This document shows positions 47,540 to 54,959 of a stretch of DNA of 58,695 nt, piece by piece. A program made the position numbers and the translations under genes. This DNA is from an uncultured virus (IMG/VR IMGVR_UViG_3300042863_002246) (lineage: Duplodnaviria > Heunggongvirae > Uroviricota > Caudoviricetes): IMG/VR virus record IMGVR_UViG_3300042863_002246. The stretch is one strand, 5' to 3'. Positions within the stretch are counted from its first letter, which is position 1; each line of letters starts with the position of its first letter. The notes under the pieces were generated by a model. It searched no databases and was not told where the DNA came from. It saw nothing but the letters and a program-made list of their open reading frames with translations.

Positions 47540-47899
47540 GGGGGTGTCATAGAATCGCCTAGCAGAGTAGTGGTAGTTATGCAGGTATCGGGTTGTCTAG
47601 TGTCCGATTAACAAATTAAGAGGTAACGTCGTAAATGGCAAAACAAATGAAGTAGGAACTCGTGAAGATTTAGTAGCGGCCCTAAAAGCAATTGGAGCTA
47701 ACACTCCAGAATTAGTTTAATAAGAGAACTAATCAAAAAAATTCTCCGACTGTATCACGCAGTAAATGTGAAAACCATTTTGTTAGAGTTTGGGTTAAAA
47801 CTAAATATTTTGTGAGTTTAGAAAAACATCAATAAGCCTGTGAATGAATGATTATTGTTAACTGTATAGTACATGCCGGGCAGTGCGGCATCACTTCCA
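47540..47899 (+). ncRNA. ssrA: tmRNA (one-piece)
   Basis: 5' GGGGGTG pairs with 3' CACTTCC (G3:U70), followed by discriminator A. T-arm ATGCCG-GGCAGTG-CGGCAT. P2 pairing GCAGG/CCTGT. pk1-like pairings TCGGG/TCCGA and GTTGTCT/AGGTAAC. Resume context TAAAT-GGC, tag ORF 47637-47720. Length 360 nt, terminator immediately downstream. Confidence 0.9.
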
Positions 47900-47906
47900 C
47901 AAAAAG

Positions 47907-47936
47907 AAAACCCACAAAGATAATTGTGGGTTTTTT
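47907..47936 (+). terminator. Terminator after the tmRNA
   Basis: AAAACCCACAA-AGATAA-TTGTGGGTTTTTT. Confidence 0.85.
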
Positions 47937-47999
47937 ATTTTAAATATTATGAAAAAATTATTAGACAGATTGTAAGTAAACAAAAAATAACTTACAATC

Positions 48000-48296
48000 A
48001 TGAACAAACATCACAACAAACACTGGTTAAGAGAAAAGGAATACCGTTCTCTCAAGAATTCCTATTACTACGATTTTTATTGCACCAGAACATCTACAGA
48101 GGCTGAAATGGAAGAAAGACTTTATTCAAAATTCTGGAACGAGTTTTGTGGATTCTTCCATACCGCACCAAAACACTACAGAAAGACTCTTAACAGAATA
48201 CAGAGAGCAAAATCAAAACAAACTCTTTTTAGAGAACTTAAAGGATATGACGTATCCTATGAAGACAATTACAAAGATTGTAACTGGTATTGGTAA
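48000..48296 (+). CDS. Hypothetical basic/aromatic protein
   Basis: ORF with an APKHYRKTLNRIQRAK..WYW pattern. Confidence 0.6.
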   Translation: MNKHHNKHWLREKEYRSLKNSYYYDFYCTRTSTEAEMEERLYSKFWNEFCGFFHTAPKHYRKTLNRIQRAKSKQTLFRELKGYDVSYEDNYKDCNWYW

Positions 48297-48329
48297 AAAC
48301 AAATCACTACTTTTTTAATATAAGTATCT

Positions 48330-48848
48330 ATGATAATAGATAAATTTGATGGTAGATGGAGGTTTTTATCCAACTTCCACCCATGTGAGGTAGAACATCA
48401 AGGTATAATATATCCTTCAGTAGAACATTACTATGTTGCAATGAAATGTAACAACGAGCAAATGTTAAATGGTAGACATTATACTATTGGTGATTTCAGA
48501 GAAATGATTGCTCGTATTCCAAATGCTGCGATTGTTAAATCTCTTGGTAAAAAAATGCAGGTTAGAAAAGATTGGGATGAAAAGAAACTTGACTTCATGC
48601 TGTATGGTGTCAGAGAAAAATTCAAAGATTCGGGTCTTGCGGAACTTTTACTATCAACAGAAGATTCTTCCTTGGTTGAAGGAAACGATTGGAACGACAA
48701 GTTCTGGGGCGTGTGTCAAGGAAAGGGTTTAAACCATTTAGGTCGAATACTTATGAAAGTCAGAAAAGAAGTAAAAGAAAAAGAAACTGGTGTTGTAGCA
48801 AAACCAAATTCTTTAGATGAATTCTTCAAACAAAGCAGACAAAACTAA
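48330..48848 (+). CDS. NADAR-family (YbiA / T4 gp30.3-like) ADP-ribosylhydrolase
   Basis: FLSNF, YPSVEHYYVAMK, DWD, KF...LLLST, LVEGNDWNDKFWG, GLNHLGRILMKVR. Confidence 0.92.
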   Translation: MIIDKFDGRWRFLSNFHPCEVEHQGIIYPSVEHYYVAMKCNNEQMLNGRHYTIGDFREMIARIPNAAIVKSLGKKMQVRKDWDEKKLDFMLYGVREKFKDSGLAELLLSTEDSSLVEGNDWNDKFWGVCQGKGLNHLGRILMKVRKEVKEKETGVVAKPNSLDEFFKQSRQN

Positions 48849-48871
48849 TATAAAAACAAATAAATAAATAT

Positions 48872-49801
48872 ATGTCAATAATTTCATACTTCGGGGGTAA
48901 GGCGAACTTCCAATCATTCATTACGCCAAAAATACCAAAAGATTGTAAAACATACATCGAACCATTTTCTGGTTCTTTCGCAATCTATATGGATTCAGAC
49001 TTAGAGTTTGAAAATGTTATCTTTAATGATAGAAACAGACACCAAGCAAATCTTATGAGATGTTGTGCGTCTCCAGAAGAGTTCTTAGTTGAAATAAAAG
49101 CACTTTTGGCACCAGGTGGTGAGTTACATACTACAGAAACAGAAGCTGATAAAAAGTGGGATTTCTTCAAAGCTATCTATCACAAATATGTTAAGAATGA
49201 TTTCTTAGATAATATGGATTTTGAGATTGGTGATTTCAAAGTAGGTGCAATCTATGCATTTCTTATCACATCTTCTTTCTCTAGTGTTTATCCAAGAGGT
49301 GGAGGATTCACAGGATATAAGAAAAAGAAAGACAAATTGAACCTTTCAATCTTAATCAACAAGCTTGAAAAAAACAAATACACAAAAAGACTTCAAAACA
49401 TCTCCGAGTTCAACAACTCAGATTTTGAAGAAGTAATCAGAAGACATGATTCAGAAGATACTTATATCTATTTAGACCCACCATACGCTCGATTTAACGA
49501 CGTTAAAAACGATGATGATGGTAGACGTTTATTTTGGTACGGATGTGACACAGAGAACACTTTTGGTGTTGCTTCTCACAGAAGATTATTAGAGTTATTG
49601 AAGACTACAAAGTCAAGATGGTCTTTATCTTACTACTACTTTCCTTTATTGGAAGAAATCTTACCAAAAGACAAATATATCTGGACTTCTAAAGAGTTTC
49701 ATAGACCATCTGCGGTTATTAAAACAGAAGGTGTTGAGAAAGAAAAAGGTATTGAGCTTTTGATTATGAACTACGATCCTGAAACTGGAGAAAGAGTGTG
49801 A
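48872..49801 (+). CDS. D12-class (Dam-like) DNA adenine methyltransferase
   Basis: YFGGK, EPFSGS, YLDPPY, ELLIMNY. Confidence 0.92.
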   Translation: MSIISYFGGKANFQSFITPKIPKDCKTYIEPFSGSFAIYMDSDLEFENVIFNDRNRHQANLMRCCASPEEFLVEIKALLAPGGELHTTETEADKKWDFFKAIYHKYVKNDFLDNMDFEIGDFKVGAIYAFLITSSFSSVYPRGGGFTGYKKKKDKLNLSILINKLEKNKYTKRLQNISEFNNSDFEEVIRRHDSEDTYIYLDPPYARFNDVKNDDDGRRLFWYGCDTENTFGVASHRRLLELLKTTKSRWSLSYYYFPLLEEILPKDKYIWTSKEFHRPSAVIKTEGVEKEKGIELLIMNYDPETGERV

Positions 49802-49804
49802 AAA

Positions 49805-50527
49805 ATGGACGATAGAGAGATTCTTGATTTGATAAATACCGGAAAGGTCGAAATGTTCGACTATTCCGGTTTTTTCAAAAATAACATACATCTTCGTTGT
49901 TTTGAGACTAAAATAATTTCAACAAACTTTCCTATACATCTACCATCAAATGATATAGATGTCTGGACACAATGGATAAACACTATAAAAGAAGACTTTA
50001 GAAGATCTATACATTCTATGTCTATGAAGAAGATATTCGACTCTGAAATTTTCTCGATACTCGACTATAGAGGAATCTCGGATAGAGATTATCCTATTGA
50101 TTTAGTTCATGAAATTGCAAAAAGACCATACAAAAATGTTTTGGTTTCACCAAAGATTGCGGCTTTGATACAAGATACTGCCTTTTTCATACCTGATATG
50201 AATAAAGACAGAGGATCTCTTTCAAGTTGTTATAGAATAGGATCAATATTTTCTCATAAAGACATCTATGTAGATCCTTTTCTAAAATGGAACGATATGC
50301 GGATATGTATATTTGAGGATATATTTGTAAACATAGAAGAAGTTTGTGCCAATATTAAGAATGATTCAACTTTTAATCCAAAGATAATGATGGAGTTTGG
50401 ATTTGACTTCAATTGTGGTCCTTCCGAAGTTCTTCATTTACAAGACGACGAATATCCAAATCTGGACCCAGTTGTGACTACTATACTTAGAGATAGAAAA
50501 ATAAACGGAATATTAGATGAAAACTGA
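49805..50527 (+). CDS. Truncated, diverged paralogue of the major capsid protein
   Basis: VLVSPKIAALIQD...YRIGSIFSHKDIYVDPFLKWNDMRI...DSTFNPKIMM aligns with MCP YLVTNGGLAAALQD...YPVGSIGDIAIYVDPYMKYNDNRI...EATFAPRMLL. Confidence 0.72.
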   Translation: MDDREILDLINTGKVEMFDYSGFFKNNIHLRCFETKIISTNFPIHLPSNDIDVWTQWINTIKEDFRRSIHSMSMKKIFDSEIFSILDYRGISDRDYPIDLVHEIAKRPYKNVLVSPKIAALIQDTAFFIPDMNKDRGSLSSCYRIGSIFSHKDIYVDPFLKWNDMRICIFEDIFVNIEEVCANIKNDSTFNPKIMMEFGFDFNCGPSEVLHLQDDEYPNLDPVVTTILRDRKINGILDEN

Positions 50528-50828
50528 AGATTTTGATAGGATACATTCGTTAGGATTCTGGATTACAATAGATTGGAATCTATGTTTTTCTATAGACTAT
50601 ATGGTGGACGACGATCAGATAAACATTTTGGTTTGTTCCTATGAAGAATGGTCTCCGAATATTAAATTTGATGATGTTATAGAGCTATCCTGTGATATTT
50701 TTTATGAATGGTACAATGAAAATAAAGATAAGATAGACAATCTATCTCAGAATGATTTTGATGATATTGTATTAGGTAATATTACCAAACGGGTAAGAAG
50801 AAATCTAAACCTAGACAAACTTCTATAA
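50517..50828 (+). CDS. Hypothetical acidic protein ending RRNLNLDKLL
   Basis: ORF overlapping the upstream gene. Confidence 0.6.
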   Translation: MKTEDFDRIHSLGFWITIDWNLCFSIDYMVDDDQINILVCSYEEWSPNIKFDDVIELSCDIFYEWYNENKDKIDNLSQNDFDDIVLGNITKRVRRNLNLDKLL

Positions 50829-50830
50829 AC

Positions 50831-50859
50831 AAAAAAAGAGTCGTTTGACTCTTTTTTTT
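50831..50859. terminator. Bidirectional terminator
   Basis: AAAAAAAGAGTC-GTTT-GACTCTTTTTTT. Confidence 0.8.
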
Positions 50860-50862
50860 ATT

Positions 50863-51075
50863 TTATTTTTTAAATTCTTCAAACCATTCTCTTACTTCAT
50901 CTTCACCATCAAAAGTAGTAGGCCATTCATTCATTTTTACCAATAACTCTAAAACTTCTTCTTCGTTATAGGATTTTTCATCAATATATCTCTCACCATT
51001 CATTCCAGCGTGACCCTCATCAGAGAATATACCTTCGTTTTGAAAGTCTTCAAATCTTTTAACTTTCTTTACCAT
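50863..51075 (-). CDS. Small acidic protein with a capsid-targeting-like N-terminus
   Basis: MVKKVKRFEDFQNE. Confidence 0.6.
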   Translation of the reverse strand: MVKKVKRFEDFQNEGIFSDEGHAGMNGERYIDEKSYNEEEVLELLVKMNEWPTTFDGEDEVREWFEEFKK

Positions 51076-51076
51076 A

Positions 51077-51772
51077 TTATTTGTTTTTTAATTTTCTATC
51101 CAATAGCTTGGCTATGTTTGATCCTATGAAGTAATGTAAGTTCTTCAAAGTATCCGCTTCTACCGTTTCAATCTCGTCCATGAATCTGAACTGGTATCTA
51201 TAAGTATCTTTTTCGTCTTTATCATCCGCATCTATTTTTGAGATTGATAGTTCCATATGATAGTTGTCGTTGATGTTTATTTTAAAATCGAATGTGGTCT
51301 TATCACACGGTGTTGTTTTGAATTTAGGTTCATACTCTACATCAAAGATAGAATAGTCTGTTATCTTAGCTCTTTTCATATAGTAGTTCAAAAACATTGC
51401 AGGAGCTTCAATAAAGTCGGACAGTATTTGTAAATCCTCACCAAAGTTTTTTGATTCTACGACATCTTCAATCTTCTTTTTAAGATCGATTATCGTAGAA
51501 AACTCTATTTTGTGATAGATACAGTTTATGTCATATAAGTAAATAAAAGAATTATCAATAATATTTCTTTTCTCTAAATCTGTTTTGAATATGAATTTCG
51601 TGTGTATGATTGAAGTGTCTTCGGTTGCAAGTCCGTGTACAGATATTACAAGCTTTAGAAAGTCTTCTTGATTAGACATTTCATAAATCGTCTCGATGGT
51701 GTTCACTACTCCTTTTTCTTCATCGAATACTTCTTTGAATACTTCTTCTATTTCGGATATCTTTATGTTCAT
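51077..51772 (-). CDS. Hypothetical protein
   Basis: 231-aa ORF tightly packed between its neighbours. Confidence 0.65.
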   Translation of the reverse strand: MNIKISEIEEVFKEVFDEEKGVVNTIETIYEMSNQEDFLKLVISVHGLATEDTSIIHTKFIFKTDLEKRNIIDNSFIYLYDINCIYHKIEFSTIIDLKKKIEDVVESKNFGEDLQILSDFIEAPAMFLNYYMKRAKITDYSIFDVEYEPKFKTTPCDKTTFDFKININDNYHMELSISKIDADDKDEKDTYRYQFRFMDEIETVEADTLKNLHYFIGSNIAKLLDRKLKNK

Positions 51773-51773
51773 A

Positions 51774-52538
51774 TTATTTGAATTGTTTATCGTATGATTT
51801 GTTTTTCAACTCCATCACTTTGTTGATGTATCCATTTCTTCTCAAAAGTTTGAACACTAGGTTTCCAGTAGAATATTCACCACTTTCACTTTCTAAACCA
51901 CTTTTTCTAAAGTCTTTAACTTTTTTCCAAACTTTATCAAGTTTTTCTTTAAAAGCTTTATATTGATCTTCGTTTACTTGTTCTTCAAGTTCTTCAATCT
52001 GTTCCATAACAGGTTTTGCTTTCTTACGAATAATCTTTTCATCTGGTTCAAAGTCTGCCTTTTCTGGTCTTTTGATCCATTCGTTATTCATTAACGAAAA
52101 GGCACCACCCATTCTTCCAGTTTTTATTGCAGTTTTTAAATCTTCTTTATCTTGAATAGCAACTTCTACTTCATATCCTTTGATTTTAATATCGTGTTGT
52201 GCATTCCAGATTTTCTTAGCAAGGTCACAAACGGTTTCTGCCAACTCTAAATCATCATCGATATCTTTTTGATTAACTATTATATGAAGGTCATAATCTG
52301 AATATTTTTCAGACCAGTTGTAGTTACACAAAGAACCACAAAGAACTATATCAAGTACATCTACTTGTATATTACTTCCATCGAAGAAGTCTTGTCCTAT
52401 TTGAAGAAGGTCTCTTCTTACTTCCTCATCTAACTCAAAGTTGTCCCACAACTTTGTATTAAGTTCGTCTTTTAAATAGAACGACTTTATTGCCTCAAAG
52501 TCTGCTTGAACAAATTCGTAAAATTTTCTAAGTTTCAT
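51774..52538 (-). CDS. Pol-beta-superfamily nucleotidyltransferase
   Basis: hGS (LCGSLCNYNW), SDYDLH, third acidic residue in EVEVAIQD; start moved to MKLRKFYEF after the late motif. Confidence 0.8.
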   Translation of the reverse strand: MKLRKFYEFVQADFEAIKSFYLKDELNTKLWDNFELDEEVRRDLLQIGQDFFDGSNIQVDVLDIVLCGSLCNYNWSEKYSDYDLHIIVNQKDIDDDLELAETVCDLAKKIWNAQHDIKIKGYEVEVAIQDKEDLKTAIKTGRMGGAFSLMNNEWIKRPEKADFEPDEKIIRKKAKPVMEQIEELEEQVNEDQYKAFKEKLDKVWKKVKDFRKSGLESESGEYSTGNLVFKLLRRNGYINKVMELKNKSYDKQFK

Positions 52539-52573
52539 AGAGTATATATTAAAATATATTTTCAATATTTTGA

Positions 52574-52792
52574 TTAAACTATATTATCAATCACATCAAA
52601 TATAAAGTAAAAACCAAACGTGAAATACTCTTCATATTGATCCTCTTTTATTAAAGTAGAATCAAATTTTCTAACTTCATTATATTTTGCACCACCAAAT
52701 GCAACCTTAGGTACTGATATCTCAATTATAATATCTTTAAATTCCGGTTTAAGTACCAGTGTCTGTGTTAATGGATTAAAATCTGTAGCCAT
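52574..52792 (-). CDS. Small hypothetical protein of the tail-fibre cluster
   Basis: ORF overlapping the upstream gene. Confidence 0.55.
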   Translation of the reverse strand: MATDFNPLTQTLVLKPEFKDIIIEISVPKVAFGGAKYNEVRKFDSTLIKEDQYEEYFTFGFYFIFDVIDNIV

Positions 52793-53660
52793 AATAATAT
52801 CTATAAAAATTTTCTATTCTGATTTGTTCAGATGTATTCAACCAATAGTTAAAAACAATTCCACTTGCCATATGACAACCGGCCGATGTTGCAGAAGAGT
52901 TATTACCAAAACTATATCCGGTATTAGGCATAGTTGATGTTGATGAACCAAAGGTTGTTGTTACTGGTGTCATATTCAATTTACCATTAAGATATATTTC
53001 CATTTCAGAGCCGACTCCAGTTGGTTGATACATTCTAAGCTTAACTGTTAATATAGTCCAAGAATTATTGTTAGTTCCTGCAAGTGTTGCATCGTATGTA
53101 TCATAGACCGAACTTGTTGATGTAGGATTTCCAATAAAACTTACTCGTATTTTCGTACCACTCTCTGCGGTTATCAATATATCGCCAATTGTATTAGCAA
53201 TCGTAGTTGATACTCTATAAAACAATACACGACCCGCAGTTAGTGTTGATAGTCTAACAACTAACATAACCGTTAACTCTGCAGTTCCGGTGTATGTACT
53301 TGATGTTGAAATTCTATCGGCTGCAGAGTTGAAGTCAATATATGCCTTATCATTTAAAACACCTGGTTTAGTGTATGCCGGTGATGAACCACCTGTTAAA
53401 AATGCGGCACTATTCATCAAGTTATACATAGTCGTAACACTAGTTCCAGATACTACACAGTAATCCGCCAACCAAAAAACCTGAGCTTTTTTACTACCTA
53501 TTAAACCAACGGTAGGATCTTGAACCTTATCATGACTTCTTATACCATTTAATAAACCCTTTTTAAATCCACTTTCCATTCTAGAAAAGCCCAATCCGGT
53601 TTTAAAACCCTGTAAAACTCCGGTTGTAAGTCCACTACTCATTTCTCCTTTACTACTCAT
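52776..53660 (-). CDS. LamG/concanavalin-like beta-sandwich virion protein
   Basis: FWL.AD, W.ILTV, MEIYLNG, IVFNYWL...EQIRIENF...YY pattern. Confidence 0.6.
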   Translation of the reverse strand: MSSKGEMSSGLTTGVLQGFKTGLGFSRMESGFKKGLLNGIRSHDKVQDPTVGLIGSKKAQVFWLADYCVVSGTSVTTMYNLMNSAAFLTGGSSPAYTKPGVLNDKAYIDFNSAADRISTSSTYTGTAELTVMLVVRLSTLTAGRVLFYRVSTTIANTIGDILITAESGTKIRVSFIGNPTSTSSVYDTYDATLAGTNNNSWTILTVKLRMYQPTGVGSEMEIYLNGKLNMTPVTTTFGSSTSTMPNTGYSFGNNSSATSAGCHMASGIVFNYWLNTSEQIRIENFYRYYYGYRF

Positions 53661-54513
53661 ATGTATCTCCGAATGATTTTATGGTTATTGTTGAACCTAT
53701 TGCAATGGCACCTGTTATGGCACCTGTTATAGCCCATCCTGTCGGTAGATTAAAATAATATCCACCATCTGGTTCATATGTTTTTGCGAAATAAGGCACT
53801 GAAAATGAGTTAACATCATAAAATATATCATATGGTGCAATCGCTGTCGTATTTCCACTATTTGCTAAAACACTCACCGTATATAATAAATAACTCGTTG
53901 ATCCATTCTTTAACTTAATCGATAATGTTCTCGCAGTTACATCTGTACTAACAGCACTTATACCATATACTCTTCTGTCATAAGCAGCACTACTTATTAA
54001 ATCTATCTCTGTTGAACCCGTTGCGTTGTTTAAAACAACCGACTTTTCAAATGTGTTTGATGTAAATTCATGTGTAACACCATCATAGATTTCACCGTGT
54101 GATGTGAAAGTAATTGCTTCTACTCCCGATAACTGAGTACCTGTATATAATGCCTTTAATGACCAAGTTTTCGGAAGATTAAAATACGAAACACCCATAA
54201 CATCTATTCTTTTTGCCAAAATAGGACTTGATAGTGAACTACTTTGTAAATCAAGTGGTGAAACACTTATCGAGTTACCAGAATTTGCAGAAAGTGCGGT
54301 ATATAAAACAACATAAGATTTTACACCATCACTAAAAAATAACCTTATATTTTGTGTATTTGCATCAGAAGTAGATATCGCAAGTCCGTATATCCTTCTA
54401 TCGTAATTAGAATTCGCAGTTAAAACGGTATATTCGGTATTAGGTGCCGCAGATGCCGTAAGTGATACACACTCTAAGTGTAATGAATTTGTTAATTTTA
54501 GTGTATTTCCCAT
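53653..54513 (-). CDS. Tail-fibre-associated protein with two tandem copies of a ~140-aa beta domain
   Basis: Duplicated YDRR[IV]YG...YFNLPx.W...G[ED].Y. Confidence 0.7.
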   Translation of the reverse strand: MGNTLKLTNSLHLECVSLTASAAPNTEYTVLTANSNYDRRIYGLAISTSDANTQNIRLFFSDGVKSYVVLYTALSANSGNSISVSPLDLQSSSLSSPILAKRIDVMGVSYFNLPKTWSLKALYTGTQLSGVEAITFTSHGEIYDGVTHEFTSNTFEKSVVLNNATGSTEIDLISSAAYDRRVYGISAVSTDVTARTLSIKLKNGSTSYLLYTVSVLANSGNTTAIAPYDIFYDVNSFSVPYFAKTYEPDGGYYFNLPTGWAITGAITGAIAIGSTITIKSFGDTYE

Positions 54514-54516
54514 TTT

Positions 54517-54945
54517 TTAATATATTTCTCCAAATATGTGTGTTGTTATAGTTTCTGTGGAAGTGCTGAATGTTGTATTATATTGCATTTGTATAGACCA
54601 TCCTGCTAATAAGTTAAAGTATGCTAGTCCATTTGTATCTCTCATCTTTTGAAATACTGCTTCTCCCATTGTGCTACCAAAAACATCAACAACAACTGCA
54701 GTACCATTTGTTCCAGAAGATGCCGGAATACTAACTGTGTATATTTGACAAACGTTAGTACCATCATTTAGATATATTTTAATTGTTTGTATGGCATTAT
54801 CCGAACTCAAAACTGCAAAACCATATACTCTTCTATTACTAACAGAACTTGTTAGTACATCAAAATTAGTATTTGGTGGAATAGAAGAGGTTATACCTTT
54901 GCTTTCCATAAAACATTCATTGGTAAAAGTTAGACTATTTGCCAT
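54517..54945 (-). CDS. Paralogue of the ~140-aa beta-domain family
   Basis: RRVYGF...QKMRDTNGLAYFNL.AGW...FGEIY. Confidence 0.7.
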   Translation of the reverse strand: MANSLTFTNECFMESKGITSSIPPNTNFDVLTSSVSNRRVYGFAVLSSDNAIQTIKIYLNDGTNVCQIYTVSIPASSGTNGTAVVVDVFGSTMGEAVFQKMRDTNGLAYFNLLAGWSIQMQYNTTFSTSTETITTHIFGEIY

Positions 54946-54959
54946 TTTTTAATTTATTT

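Noticed and set aside
47540..47899. tRNA-Ala or an intron-containing tRNA
   Set aside because: No anticodon arm; 360 nt with a pseudoknot, resume motif and tag ORF fits tmRNA
32064..52538. Pycsar or CBASS defence operons based on the cyclase and nucleotidyltransferase
   Set aside because: No adjacent TIR, patatin, nuclease or TM effector; the cyclase has ATP-type residues; both carry phage late promoters
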